This document shows, piece by piece, positions 20,087 to 39,104 of a stretch of DNA of 64,000 bases. Numbering within the stretch: position 1 is the first letter of the stretch; every line of letters begins with the position of its first letter. The notes beneath the pieces are model-generated. The model saw nothing but the letters and a program-made list of their open reading frames with translations, had not been told where the DNA came from and ran no database searches. The position numbers and the translations under genes are program-made. The stretch is from the human T2T-CHM13v2.0 reference genome, Homo sapiens: the NCBI RefSeq assembly GCF_009914755.1, contig NC_060929.1; one strand, 5' to 3'.

Positions 20087-20147
20087 ACCATTTACTTTTA
20101 ATGAACATTTGGTTCTACTTTTTTCATTACTATTGTTTCATTAAATA

Positions 20148-20222
20148 TACTGTGCAAGACAGCACTCCACAACATAGAATTATCTAACCCAAAATGTCAA
20201 TAATACTTGTTAAGAAACACTG
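20148..20222 (+). mobile_element. MER20 (hAT-Charlie) terminal fragment
   Basis: acagcactccacaacatagaattatctaacccaaaatgtcaata...aaacactg. Confidence 0.7.
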
Positions 20223-20712
20223 CTCTAAACTGATATGCTGTTGCATTTCTGGTCTATAGTCATTTGTTAAAATTTCAGTTCATTCTTTGTGATTAGCTTT
20301 TAAATCAGCCACTTCTTTCTATGCTATGCTAAAAGTGAAACAGTCCCATTAAAAACAAATTCTAAATGTGTGTTTCCAGGAATGTATCCATTTCCTCTAG
20401 ATTTTCCAGTTGGTGTGCATGGAGGTGTTCCAAGTGGTCTTGAACTTTGTATTTCTGTGATATCAATTGTAATATCTCCATCTTCATTTCTTGGTTGATC
20501 CAGCTAGTGGTCTATCAATTTTGTTTATCTTTTCAAAAAACTAACTTTTTATTTCATTGAGCCTTTGTATTTTTGCTGTTTGTTTGAATTTCATTTAGTT
20601 CTGCTCTGATCTGTTATTTCTTTTCTTCTTCTAGCTTGGGTTTTGGTTTGCTTTTGTTTCTCTAGCTACTCGAGGTGTGATGTTGTGTTCTCAAATTGTA
20701 ATCATTCTGTCA

Positions 20713-21019
20713 TTTTATTTTATTTTATTGTTATGAGGCAGGGGTCTCACTCTGTCCCCGGGATGGAGTACAGTAGTGAATCCATGGCTCACTCCAGTGT
20801 CAAACTCCGGTGCTCAAGTCATCCTCTTGCCCCGGCCTTCTGAATAGCTGGGCCTACAGGTATGGGCCATGACGTCTGGCTAATTTTTATTTTTATTTTT
20901 TATTTTTGTAGAGAAATGGTCTCGTTATTTTGCCCAGGCTGGTCTCAAATTCCTGGGCTTAAGTGATCTTCCTGGTCTTCCAAATACTGGTATTATAAAA
21001 TAAGGCACCCAACCCAGGC
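20713..21019 (-). mobile_element. AluJ (diverged)
   Basis: (tttta)n tail, dimer structure, tcctgggcttaagtgatc. Confidence 0.85.
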
Positions 21020-21109
21020 TTTCTGTCTTTTTTATGCAGACATTTAGCCTATAAATTTTCCTCCTAGCCCCGCTTTTGCTGTATCCCAGAGGTATTGATA
21101 ATTTGTGTC

Positions 21110-24940
<3,831 letters not shown>

Positions 24941-25512
24941 TGAGAGTTCCCCTTGAAACTGATTTCTAAATTTATTCCACTGTGGTCTGAGAAGATATTT
25001 GATATAATTTTGATTTTTTACAATTTATTGAGACTTGCTTTATGGCCTACCTTATGGACTATCTTGGAAAATGTTCCATGTGCTGATGGGAAGAAAGCAT
25101 ATTCTACAATTTTAGAGTAGAATATTCTGTAAATGTCTGTTAGACTTGCTCAAGAGTCCAGGCTAAGTCCAGCGTTTCTTTGTTGACTTTCTGTCTCAAT
25201 CTTTTTAGTGTTGTCAGTGAAGTATTAAAGTTCCCCAATATTGTTGTGTTCCTGTCTATCTCTTAAGACTACTAGTATTTGTTTTACAAATCTGGGAGCT
25301 CAAGAGTTAGGCACATATGTATTTAAGATTCTATCTTCTTGTTGACTTGATATCTTTATCCTTATAATAATGACCTTCTTTGTCTTTTTGTACTGTTTTT
25401 GTTTTAAAGTCTGTTTTATCTGACTTTAACATGAACTAATTTAAGTGGGACATTTAGACCATTTACTTTTGTTAGTAATATTGATATGTGAGATACTATC
25501 TCAGTCATCACC

Positions 25513-25604
25513 TTGATTGTTACCTAGTTGTTTTGATTGTTGCCTTTTTTTGTTTGTTTGCTTTGATTGTTACTTAGTTGTTTTGATTACTACCTAGTTG
25601 CTTT
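25513..25604. repeat. Short 20-bp tandem repeat (ttgattgttacctagttgtt), about 4 imperfect copies
   Basis: Read directly from the sequence. Confidence 0.8.
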
Positions 25605-26294
25605 GTTTTCTTCATTGTGTTCCTTTTATAAGTCCTGTGAGTTTTATGCTTTCAAGTCTATACTGGTATGTATCAGCTATTTGTTTCCATATTTAGAACT
25701 CCTTTTAGCACTTCTTGTAGGGCTGGTCTAGTGGTGACAAATTTCCTCAGCATTTGCTTGTCTGAGAAAGATTTTATTTCTCCTTCATTTAAGAAATATT
25801 TCTAGATACAAAATTTTGGGCTGATGGTTATTCTGATTGAGGAGACTAAATATAGGACCTAATCCCTATGGCTTGTACAATTTCTGGTGAGAAGGCATCT
25901 GTTAGTCTAATTGATTTTCCTTTATAAGTTATCCAATGCTTTTATTTCACTGCTCTTAGAATTTTTTTCTTTATGTTAACTTAATGTAATGTCATCATAT
26001 AAAGTTGACATGAAGAAAATAATTCTAAGAGAATGATGACTATATTCTTTTTTATGTCCTTTTTCTGCAATTAATCTCCTAGGAGTTATTTGCACTTCCT
26101 GTATTTGGATTTCTAAATTTCTAGCATGACCAGGAATGTCTTCCTCAGTTATTCCTTCAAATAGGTTTTCTAAACCTTTTGCTTTTTCTTCTCATTCAAG
26201 AACACCTATGATTCTTAGGTTTGGACATTTTACATAATCCCATATTTCTTGGATAATCTGTTCATTTCCTTTAATTATTTTTTAAATTTTTGGT

Positions 26295-26600
26295 AGCTCT
26301 GGGACTTTCTATGTGAGCAATTCCTACATGAACAAACTACAGTCCAATGTAAAACAGTAAATTGAAACTAAAAACTGTACCAATCAGAAACCACCAACTA
26401 ACCATCATTAGAGACTTTCTACTGTAACCAAAAATGTTTCCTTTGTCTTGCTTTTACAACCAAGTGGTACCAATTTCTTCTCTTACTCTTCCATGTGGAA
26501 TGCTAATTCACTTGCAGTCTGGTGATGCCCCATTCATGAATCTTTGATAGCTCAAATAAACTATTTAAAATGTAAATAGGCTTAAGTTTTTCTTTTATCA
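26295..26600 (+). mobile_element. ERV1 LTR 3' fragment (MER34/MER4-group-like)
   Basis: ccaatcagaaac; ctcaaataaactatttaaaat...ttttatca terminus. Confidence 0.55.
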
Positions 26601-27375
26601 GTTTATACATATCATCTTTCCCAATAGGATTTTGTCAGTCAGTTTCATTGGTTGCCTTGCAATTTCAGCTTTTTGACAAGAAAAATTAACTTTATTGATG
26701 ATTCCATTTTCCTCATAATTAGTATCAGAGAAAAATTCTCCTGTAGTTTTTAAAATAGTAGGTAGAAACAGAATTCTATTCATTTACTTATTTAATTTCT
26801 CTTTTTTATTACTTTGTAATTTTTCTGGGAATAAACTATCTAGAAGTAAAGACACTGAAATATTCTTCATTGTAAAAGTGCTCACGTTAAATTTTAAATA
26901 TAAGTAATCTCATGCAAAAAAGCAAGCTTCACAATGATAAGAACTATGAACTGGAGTTTCTCTAAGTTCATGTATAGTACTCAATTTTAAAACCCTTAAA
27001 ATAAATAAAAACTTATAGAATTATGGAATGTCCCACTAAATCAGCTATTTCAATGTGGTTATCTACCATACTCTACCAGAAAGTCATTAAAAAAAATTCT
27101 GTGTGAAACATAGGAAAAAGACCCTGAATTAGGCATTCAAGTAAGATAAAATTCATGCTGCTAGTGCAGTGGTACAATGCCCTGGAATTATACTGAAGAC
27201 TGCATTTGCTTCTATATGTGTGGGGGTTGGAGTGAGTGTTTGGAGCAGAAAGAAAATAGTCATGTGCTCAATTTAACAGCTTAATAATTTAGTCGTGAAG
27301 TAATTGTATAGGTCAGCCAAGATAAACTATTTACAGATAAATTTATTTACCTTAAAACTCTTAAAATGAAGGAAT

Positions 27376-30300
27376 TAGGCCTGGGGTGGGGTTGGGGGAG
27401 TTTGCTGCCTTGAAGGAAAGGACAAAATACTGGCTGGTTTGCCACCTGCTGACTGAAGAGCCCTTGGGCCTGAGTGAACATTAGCAGTAGCCAGGCAATG
27501 GTTATTCAGACCTTGGGTGAGATCTAATGCTATGCTGGCTTTGGGCCTAACCAAGTGCTGTCCTAACAGTGGTGGCCACAGGGGTACTTGTGTCACCCAT
27601 CCCCCAACTCCAGACAGATTGGTGCAGAGAGAAACTCTGATTGTTTGAGGAAAAATAAGCAAAAAGAATATGAGTCTTTCCCTGGTAATCCAGGGAATTC
27701 TCCTGGATCTTACCTGAGACCATCAAAGCTCTGTGAGTCTGCAAGAGTCACGGCAATAATGAAATTTAAGTGCCCACTAATGCAGATATGGCTGCAATGA
27801 TCAAAGATTTAGATCACAACTGTCAATTCCCTTACAGAATGGGAGAAAATTTTTGCAATCTATCCATCTGACAAAGGGCTAATACCCAGAATCTACAAAG
27901 AACTTAAACAAATTCGCAGGAAAAAAAAAACAACCTCATCAAAAAGTGGGCAAAGGATATGAACAGACACTTCTCAAAAGATGACATTTATGTGGCAAAC
28001 AAACATATGAAAAAAAGCTCATCATCACTGGTCATTAGAGAAATGCAAATCAAAACCACAATGAGATACCATCTCATGCCAGTTAGAATGGCGATCATTA
28101 AAAAGTCAGGAAACAACAGATGCTGGAGAGTATGTGGAGAAATAGGAACACTTTTACACTGTTGGTGGGAGTGTAAATCAGTTCAACCATTGTGGAAGAC
28201 AGTGTGGCAATTCCTCAACGATCTAGAACTAAAAATACCATTTGATCCAGCAATCCCATTACTGGGTATATACCCAAAGGGTAATAAATTATGCTACTAT
28301 AAAGACACATGTACACATATGTTTATTGTGGCACTATTCACAATAGTAAAGACTTGGAACAAACCCAAATGTCCATCAATAATAGAATGGATAAAGCAAA
28401 TGTCGCACATACAAACCATGGAATACTATGCAGCCATAAAAAAGAATAAGTTCATGTCCTTTGCAGGGACATGGATGAAGCTGGAAACCACCATTCTCAG
28501 CAAATTATCACAAGGACAGAAAACCTAACACCCCATGTTCTCACTCATAAGTGGGAGTGGAACAATGAGAACACATGGACACAGGGAGAGGAACATCACA
28601 CACCGGGGCCTGTTTGGGGGTGGGAAGCTGGGGGAAGGATAGCATTAGGAGAAATATTAATGTAAATGATGAGTTGATGGGTGCAGCAAATCAACATGGC
28701 AAATGTATACCTATGTAACAAACCTCCATGTTCTGCACATGTACCCTAGAACTTAAAGTATAATTTAAAAAAATTCAAAGGTGAGAAAAAAAAAAAAACA
28801 CAAAGTCAGAAGAGACAAAATTAAAAAGAATAAAGCACAATTATAAGGTCTAGAAAATAGTCTCAAAAGGGCAAATCTAAGAATCCTTGGCCTTATGGAG
28901 AAGCTAGAGAGAGAGATTGGGGAAGAAAGTATATTCAAAGGGATAACAACAGAGAACTTTCCAAATCTAGGGAAAGATGTGAGTATTCAAGTACAAGAAA
29001 GAGAAAACCAAGTAGATTTAATGCAAAGAAGACTACCTCGAGGCATTTAATAGTCAAACTCCTGAAGGTCAAAAATAAAGTATCCTTTAAAAAGCAATAG
29101 AAAAGAAATAACAAATAGAACTCCAATACGTCTAGCAGGAAACTTTTTAGTGGAATCCCCACAGGCCAGGAGAGAGTGAGTGGCATGGCATATTTAAAGT
29201 GCTGAAGAAATAAACTTATCTTAGAATAGTATATCCAATGAAAGTTTTTCTCAAACATGAAAGAGAAATTAAGACTTTCCCAGATAAACAGAAGCCAAGC
29301 GATTTCATCAACACCAGAGCTTTCCTACAAGAAATGCTAAAGAGAGTTATTTAATCTGAAATAAAAGGACAATAATAAGTAATAGAAAAATCATCTCAAG
29401 GTACAAAACTTACTAGTGAGAGTAATTACACAGAGAAACACAGAACATTATAACACTATAATTGTGGTATGTAAACTAATCATATATTGAATGGAAAGAC
29501 TACAAGATGAACCTATCAAACTAACCAACAACTTTTCAAGATATAGACAGTATAATAAAAATAGAAACCACAAAATAATTAAAAGGGGGAGGAGATTAAG
29601 TTAATGTGTAGAGTTTTTGTTAGTTTTCTCTTTGGTTGTTTGTTTTTATAATCAGTATTTTCATCAATTTGAAATAATAAATTATAAGATAGTATGTATT
29701 TGCAAGCCTCTTGGTGACCTCAAATCAAAAAACCTGCAACAGAAACACAAAAATTAAGAAGCAGAAAATTCAAACATACCACCAGAGAAAACTACCTTCA
29801 CAAAAAGAAAGAGAGGAAGGAATGAAGGAAAGAAGAGAAGACAATAAAAGAAACAGAAAACAAGTAACAAAATGGCAGGAGTAAGTCCTTACTTATCAGT
29901 AATGACACAGAATGTAAATGGACTAAACTCTCCAAACAAAAGACATAGTTAAAAAAAGATGTTTTTAATTGGATGAAATAGATTAAAAAACAAGACTCCA
30001 TGATTTGTTGCCTACAAGAAACAGACTTCACCTAAAAAGACACATAGCGAAAATAAAGGGGTGGAAAAAAATATTCCATCTCAATGGAAACTGAAAAACA
30101 GCAGAGTAGCTATACTTATATCAGTCAAAATAAATTTCAAGACAAAAACAGTAGAAAGAGGCAAAGAAAGTCATTATGTGATGATAAAGGGGCCAATTCA
30201 GCAAGAAGATATAATTGTAAATATATATGTATCCCACTCTGGATCACCCAGATATATTGGAGCTAAAAAGACAGATAGACCTGAATACAACAATACATTG

Positions 30301-33300
30301 GGACTTCAACAACCTACTTACAACTTTAGACTGATCTTCCAGACAGAAAATCAAAAAATGAACATCACACTTAATCTACACAATAGACCAAATAGACCTA
30401 AGAGATATCTACGGAACATTTGCTCCAACTGCTGCAGAATAAACATTCCTCTCCTCAGCACATGGATCACTCTGAAAGATAGACCATACGTAAAGCCCCA
30501 AAATAAGTCTTTAAAAAATTCAAAAAAATTAAAATCATATCAAGCGTCTTCTCTTACCATAATGGAATAGAACCAAAAATCAATAACAAGAGGAATGTTG
30601 AAAATTATACAAACACATGGAAATTAAATACTATGCTCCTGAATGACCAGTAGATCCATGAAGAAATTTTAAAAATTTAAAAATTTCTTGAAAAAGAAAA
30701 GATCATGGAAACACAACATATCAAAACCTATGGGATACAAAGATAACAGTACTAACAGGAAAGTTTACAGCAATAAGAGCCTACATGAAAAAAGTAGATA
30801 AGCTTCCAATTAACAACCTGGCAGTGCATCTTACAGAACTAGAAAAGCAAGAGCAACCAAACCCAAAATTAGTAGAAGAAAATAAATAATAATCAGAGCA
30901 GATGTAAATAAAATTGCAATGAAAAAATAATACAAAACAACAACATAATAAAAAGATTTTTGGAAAGATAAACAAAATTGAGAGCCCTTTAGTCAGCCTT
31001 ATTAAGAAAAAAAGAAAGACACAAACAAAATCAGAAATAAAAATAGAGATATTACAATTGACATTGCAGAAAACCAAAGGATTATTAGAGACTACTATGA
31101 GCAACTATATGACAATAAATTGGAAAACCTGGAACAAGAAATGAATAAATACCTAGATACATAAATTCTATCAGGACTGAACCATGAAGAAATCCAAAAC
31201 TGAATAGACCAATGACAGGCAATGAAATTAAAGCTTTAATAAAAATCTCATAGGAAAGAAAAGCCCAGGACCCAATGCATTCACTGCTAAATTCCACCAC
31301 ACAATTAAAGAACTAACATCAACCCTACTCAAACTATTCCAAAAATTAGAGATTACTTCTATGAGGCTAGTATTACCCTGATTAAAAGAAAAAAAACACA
31401 CATCCAAAAAAAAAAAAAAAAAAAAAAAAACCTACAGGCCAGTATCAATGATGAACATCGATGCAAAAAAAATTCAGAGTACTGAAATATGAATTCAACA
31501 CCATATTATAAAGATCATTTATAATGGCCAACTGGGATTTATCCCAGGGATGCAAGGATTGTTCAACATATGCAAACCAAAGTGATACATCATATCAACA
31601 GAACAAAGAATAAAAACCATATGATCATTTCAATTGAAGCTGAAAAATTTATTTGATAAAATTCAACATTGCTCCATAATAAAAACCTTAAAAATGGGTA
31701 TAGAAGGAAAATACCTCAACACAATTAAAGCTATATACAATAGATCCACAGCTAGTATTATACAGAACTAAAAGCCTTTCCTCTAAGATCAGGAACATGA
31801 CAAGGATGCCCACTTTCACTACTGTTATTAAACATAGTACTGAAAGTCCTAACTAGAGCAATCAGACAAGACAAATCGATACAGAACATCCAAATTAGAA
31901 AGACAGAAGTCAAGCTATCCTTATTTGCAGATGATATGATTTTACATTTAAAATTCTGAAGACTCCACCAAAACTATTAAAACTGATAAACAAAGTTGGT
32001 AAAGTGGCAGGATACCAAATTAACATACAAAAATTATTAGCATTTCTATATTCCAATAGTGAACAATCTGAAAAAGAAATCAAGAAAGTGATCTCATCTA
32101 CAACACATACAAAAAAATTAAATACCTAGGAATTAACTTAACCTAAGAAGTGAAAGATTTCTACAATGAAAACCATGAAACATTGATGCAAGAAACTGAA
32201 CAGAACACAGACAAAAAATGGAAAGATTCTACATGTTCATGAATTGGAAAAATAAATGTTAAAATGTCCATGCTACCCAAAGCAATCTACACATTCAACG
32301 TAATACTATCAAAATAACAATGACTTTCTTCACAGAAATTGAAAAAATTATCATAAAATGTATACAGAACCACAAAAGACCCAGAATAGCCAAAGATATT
32401 CTGAGCAAAAAGAATGAAACTGAAGGAATCACATTACCTGTTTTCAAATTATAGTAGTATAATTTGGCTATAGTAACCAAAACATCATGGTACTGGCATA
32501 AAGATTTACACGTAGATAAGTGAAATGGAATAGAGAACCCAGAAATAAATCCATACATCTACATTGAACTCATTTTTGACAAAAGTGCCAAGAACATACA
32601 TTGGGGAGAGGACAGTCTCTTCAATAAATGGTGCTGAGAACACTGGATAGTCATATGCAGAAGAAGAAATCTAGACCTGTATCTCTTGCCATAAAAAAAT
32701 CAAATCAAAATTTATTAAAGAATTAAATCTAATACTTCAAACTATAAGACTACTGAAAGAAAACATTAGGAAACGTGAAGACATTGCTCTGAACAAAGAT
32801 TTCTTGAGGAATATCCCACAAGCACATCAACCAAAGCAAAAATGGACAAATGTGATCATATCAAGTTAAAACTTCTACACAGCAAAGGAAATAATCATCA
32901 AAGTGAAGAGACAACCAACAGAATGAAAGAAAATATTTGAAAGCTATCCATCTGACTAGAGATCAATAACCAAATATATAAAGAGCTCAACAACTCAGTA
33001 GGACAGATTCTAATAATCAATTTTTTAAATAGGCAAAAGAATTGAATACACATTTCTCAAAATAAGAATAAAAATGAGAAATGTGTATATAAAAAGGTGG
33101 TCAACATCATTGATCATCAGAGAAATGCAAATCAAAAGTACAGTGATATTTCACACCCGTTAAAATGGCTTTCATTAAAAAAACAGGTAATAATGAATGT
33201 CAGTGAGGATGTGGAGAAAAGAGATCCCTCATACACCGTTGGTGGAAGTGTAAAATAGTACAACTACTATACAGAATGATATGGAGGTTTCACAAAAATC

Positions 33301-33945
33301 TAGAAATAGAGCTACCATACAATCCAGTAATGCCATTGTTAGATATATATACAAAATAAGGCAAATCAGTATATTAAGAGATATCTGCACTCCTGTGTCT
33401 TATTTCAGCACTATTCACAATAGCCAATATTTGGAAGCAATCTAAGTGTCCATCAAGAAATGCATAAAGAAAATATGGTACATATACACAATGGAATACT
33501 GTTCAGCCATTAAATAAAAGAATGAGATACTGTCATTTTCAGTGACACAGACGGAACTGGAAGATATTGTGTTAAGCTAAAAATTAAAACACTGAACTCA
33601 TGAAGATAGAGAGTAGAATGATGGTTACCAGAGTGGGTGGGTGGTGCAGAGAATAGTTAATGGGTGCAAAAATATAGTAAGAAAAATAAGACAGTATTTG
33701 ATAGCATAACAAGGTCACTACAGTCAACAACAATTTATTGCATATTTAATAATAACTAAAAGTATATAATTGGAATGTTTGTTAACACAAAGATATGATG
33801 CATGCTTAAGGGGTTAGATACTCCATTTACCCTGACTTGATAATTATGCATTATATGTCCTGCATCAAAATATCTCATATCCCCCATAAATATATACACC
33901 TCCTATGTACCAATAAAAATAAAACAAAGTTAAAAATAAAAAATA
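27376..33945 (+). mobile_element. L1MA3/4-like element (partial 5'UTR, ORF1 3' half, decayed ORF2, 3'UTR), interrupted by an L1PA
   Basis: 5'UTR 27376-27832; ORF1 resumes ~28799; ORF2 start atggcaggagtaagtcct at 29872; L1MA-type 3'UTR (cccccataaatatatacacctcctatgtacc) and A-rich tail. Confidence 0.88.
27833..28773 (+). mobile_element. 5'-truncated L1PA6/7-like 3' end
   Basis: ORF 27959-28528 is the ORF2p C-terminus with CCHC motif ([18 protein letters not shown]); G-rich 3'UTR; cttaaagtataat end. Confidence 0.93.
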
Positions 33946-33968
33946 ATTATTAAGAAATTAGACTAGAC

Positions 33969-34134
33969 CAGTGGTTTTTTAGTTGGTTGCTTTTTAAATT
34001 AGTAGATTTGTGACTCCAGTCCCCAGTACTCTCATTCACTAGTTCTACGGTTGGGCCAAAAAAATCTTCATTTTTAATGAACCATTTGGTAATACTGATG
34101 GAGGTGTTTTAAGATTATGTTGTGAGAAATTCTG
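33969..34134. mobile_element. MER5-type MITE (hAT-Charlie)
   Basis: cagtggtttt...tgagaaattctg termini; gggccaaaaaaatcttcatttttaa core. Confidence 0.6.
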
Positions 34135-36271
34135 ATTCTTCACTATACTAAAGCCCCTGGAGAGAAGGAATCTATTATATTTTGACTTTATTCCCTAGCA
34201 ATGAGAATTTTATATATAATATATAGTTTTATATAATTATATATCATATATGTTCATATAAATTATATTATAGTTTATAATAGATATATAATAGGTCCAT
34301 AATATATACACGTTGAGTTGATCTAAAGTGGTATTCAACATCTCTGCCAGGTATTAGTATATATGAATTGGGTGATTAATAACTGAATATAATTTTTGGA
34401 CTTCCTGAATTCAAATTAATTTTATGATGCCTCTGATGCCTGTTTTGTGAAAAGCAATATGGCAATTATCCACCATATGGGACAAAAGCAAAAAAAAGAT
34501 GAATCAAGAGAGATACATTTTACACTATGGAATCCTTATAGAGACATATGTATTTTTGTTTATGAATTAGATATTGAACTTTTTTATTAATCAAAAAATG
34601 CATTTATTTACTTTTTCAGAGTTCACTTAGGATAAAACTGATCATTTATGGCACTTTTGACATTATAAATGTAGACAAGATTAGTAATTTTAATGAAACA
34701 TGAACATCTGTGAAAACATAGACACCATCAGCTTTATAGGAGTTAACTTGTTTAATTATATTTGAAAAATTGCACTGAAAATAAAAATTTTCATTCATGA
34801 ATATCAAAGTCATATTAATGTTATAATCCTTTTCCTAATTGGCATGGCCAAAATATTAGTTAAGCCTGGTACAATCATATCATGTAGGATATATATGTCT
34901 AGAAAAAGTTTTATCCAAAAAGCACAGCACAGTTCAGTTTCTTTGAACTGCAAATGGCCAGTCTCAATGATCACTCACTCACTGTGCCAGAGGAAAATTA
35001 AATTGAATTTACTTTTACTTCAATTCATTTGCAACTGAGGGGGCAAACCCTGTGTAGACCCATAACATTTTATCTTTGAACCAATAACTAAAAAGTCTAA
35101 AATTGTTAAGGAATCTTGTAAAAGTTGAGAGGTCAGTGAAGGGTTTGAACCTGAATAACACAGCACTCTTTCAATCTTTTAGTTCAAAACAAACATAGAA
35201 GACATGGTAAGCTCACTGATAGAAAATCTGTTTTATTTCTCTGGTGTAGATAATTCACATGACCTGTTTGGTTCACCCCTCTCTTTTCATATAAATAGTG
35301 CACTCCCTTCACCTTCAGATCCTTCTGTGCAGAGGGGCTCTAAGACTGTCTTTTCTGTTGTCCTTCAACAGTACTCAGGTCTGGGGAAGGTTTTTTATTT
35401 TATTTTTTTTCCTACTGAAATTCCCAACAATTTCTCTAATACTGTTTTTCTACACTTATGCTTACAGAGGAGACAAAAATACATCTCTCAAATATATGTA
35501 ACATTATCATAAATGTCATTCATTTATCCCAAAAATGAACTATGTGCTAGCCAATATTATAGGCCCTATATGTATAGCGCATTCACACACACACAAAGAC
35601 ACAAAAACACACATATACTTGGAAAATGCAGATGTTAAACTGAGTGTATAATGAATAAATGTTATTGGAAGTCATTAAGGTCTTGGTTTCTAATTTTGTT
35701 AGATCCCCCATGAGCAATGTGTGTGTGCACGTGTACTTATAGTCACTTATTTTGGAAAGTTGAATAATATTATAATATTACATTTCCTGCTTTGTAATAT
35801 TATACATTGTAGCATCCATTAATTTTTTCTACTTCAAATATCATTCAAATTGAATTATAGGAAATATACATTGTTATGCTACACTGCCACATTTCATTTA
35901 CTCCACAGACTTATTTTAAAAACATATTTACCTCCTCAACTTTATAATTAATTTTTGTCCACTTAGCATCCAAAGATGATGTGGTTTCTCATCATTCTGG
36001 AGGCTGATGTGTGGGAAAATCTTTGGGACAAAATGTAATTATAAATGCAAATGCCTGGTAATGGCTTAACCCACTATTATCTGAATAGAAGGAATTTCAT
36101 GAGTTAAAAAATACCTTTCTTTAATCTAATATTAAAATGGAATACTCCACAAAATTAATTTAAACACTAAAATTAACTAATTAAATTTTAAAATATTTTC
36201 ATGAATTATCCCATTAGGTAATATTGGATTAAAAAAATCTTTCTTGTAGTTAACTATTAAAAAGAAAAACG

Positions 36272-36610
36272 CAGGGCAAATATACTCTATGGAGCAGATA
36301 ATGGCCAGGAAATTTGTTTTGTTTGGCTCACATAATATAAGTTAGTTGCCTACATTTAAAAATCGTGTATTTTACATAAAATTAGAAATATGTATTCTGT
36401 AGAGAAATTGCCTACCTGCCACACAGGCCCACATTCTCACATGACCACGGTTAATTGAATCTGTGTAGTGGCTGTCCATTTATGTTGAAGTATGCTCTCT
36501 GTAGCCAAACTCAGCCCACTCCACTCCTATTGCTTTACACTGTTCTTATTCAAATCATTTATATTATATTTACGATCATTGTTAGTTTTATAATTTGACA
36601 GAAGCCCCTG
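36272..36610. mobile_element. MER113-like hAT element
   Basis: caggg...cccctg termini; ggcccacattctcacatg and ctcctattgctttacac motifs. Confidence 0.6.
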
Positions 36611-39104
36611 TAACCTACCGTCATCATTTGGTAAATAGAGCTAATGCAATTCAATCATTTGTTTTACTTTTGTAATTTAGTGTAATTTAGTTGCTTATAT
36701 GGCTGGTTTGTCTGTAGGGTAATTTTAGACAGTATTTTTCAGTTGAAGGATAACTTGACATTTCTAAGAGATCGTTTAAAAACTTTAAAATGTAAAAAAT
36801 AATTCATTGTTTAGAATTTTACAAACCTTATTTTGACTCTAACTCAGTAGTTAGACTCACCTACTGTTGCACAAACACTTCCCGGCAGATCTGAGTAAAG
36901 ACTAGAATAAAGATTTAGTGACTCTAAATACAGCTTAAATATTTTTGACAGATATATACACAATAAATTTTACATGGCACATAAATATTTATATGAATAT
37001 TATATTGTCATTTTATACAGAATAATTCAAATGTACTATTAGAATTATTAAATAATCTAAGCCATTTTTATAATACAATATCCTTTTAAATTTTAAAATC
37101 TTGCTTAAAATGTATTCTACCAGTTTATATTATTAAAATTGTTAATCAAAACTAAATATTCTTACCATGTAAAAATACATTAAAATGCTTATACAGAGTA
37201 AAACTGCTGAGTATAGTATACCCGTATATTATTATACCATTAATAGCACTAAAATAATATGTGGTTAATTTTAATTGCTTAGAATATATGGTTCTCATTT
37301 ATTCTCACTGGTTTGAAAAACATTATTCCTGTTACTAAATATTATTCAGTGAATAATAAAAATGTATGATATAATGAGTATTAGACATTTTTCAAAATGT
37401 CTAACATTTTAGTCAACTTTAGATAGAGTTATAATCTTCAACTAATTTCAAAATTTGTTTTAAATTATCTTTCAATTATGAAGGACTTTTCTAACAGAAG
37501 TCAGAGTGAGATTTAATTTAATATAGTCAACAACCTACCAAGTTTGCACTATTTCTATTTTCTCCTCCTAATCGTGGTAGGGTGTTAACTATTTTGACCT
37601 AATTTGAGATATTACTGAAGACTATCAATCTACCAATTAAGCTATGCGCATGCTATTTTTGCAACAATGTATTTGTTAAATATTCTTTAAATTGGCTATA
37701 TATTCTATACTTTTAAATAGTTTTATAAAAGATTAGAAACTTAGTGACAACATGAAGCCAGAGTTAATGATCATATTTAATATTATTTTAATAGAGAATC
37801 CATAACTAAACTTATTAACCTATACACATGATTTGCAAAATAAAAGAATATAAAAGAAAAATCTCTTGCCCATTGTTAAGAACTAATTCATTCTTGCTCG
37901 CAGGTATTTTTAAGTAGGTTTTCTTTCTTGATGGCTAACTTCATAACTATGAATAACATACTCTGCTTTTCTTTCTTGATTTATAAAGGTTAAACATTAC
38001 CTGTTGTCTGTATGCTGTGGCAGAAGAGAATATATATTTATTACACATTTGCATTATCTTTTTCCTTTATATAATTTTTGTCATTCTACTTAGTCCATAG
38101 ATCAAATTTCTTATTTGAAAAATAAGCTCAACATTTGTTTCCTTTTCTATCAACTATAGATAACACTTCTTGACTCTTCTCTTTGTAAAATGAGAATATT
38201 TTTATATTTTATGTTTCCTTAAGGTTTTCTTCTTTCTATCTCATATATTAATATACAACTTATACAAATTTAAATTTTAAAAACTTTACATAAAATATTA
38301 TAAACCTAATATATAAATCTACCAAGGAATATGTATGGATTGATTCTAAATGTGAAAAAATCAATACACTCATTGTTCACATTATGACTCCACAGTCTGT
38401 TTTCAAAGCACAGACAAGAAATTCACAATGATTAAATATTCTTCTTTAAGATTCTAATACCTTAAGCATCTGCTATTGAAAACATTGTCTTATGTATATT
38501 AGTGAAATTGTATCTAAGTTTCGTTTCTGAATGTATAGTGTCCATTTTAATATTATTATTTATATAAAAAAATCCAGGTATGGAATGTGTGTACTGAAAC
38601 TCTTTTGCCATAGATCAGATATCTTTCACTTTATTCCTTGTCTACTTTCTAAGAAAAGAGTTGAGCAAAAAGAAAGTTTAATTCTATTTATAATGATCAC
38701 TGTGGTTTTTTTAATTACTTGGGTTTATTTCTACTCTCTTGATCTTTTTGTAAGCCGACTTGATATTAAGATTTTGAATTAGCTTTCTTTCCATTGAACT
38801 GCAAACAAAATATGGCATGTTTCTAAGTTATATTATTGTTTATCTACTTAGAATATTTAGAGGTTGTTTTGATTTACTATATTTGTTCTCCATCAAAGTT
38901 GATTCATGCAGCTTACAGTTTTGAAATTAACTCCTCAACGTTCCTTGCTGTGTAAACAAGGATAAGGTAAACATCTTTCATAAAAATTCACCTTTTAAGC
39001 TGTGTCATATTTGACTTGTTGAATCAATGTACCCTTGTGATCAAGTGATTAAGCTATTTACTGCTCTTGCACAGAAAGCTATTAAATAGATCGTAAACAC
39101 AAGA

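Noticed and set aside
34600-39000. Long AT-rich stretch searched for exons or RNA genes
   Set aside because: Only short low-complexity ORFs and decayed repeat traces; nothing supportable.
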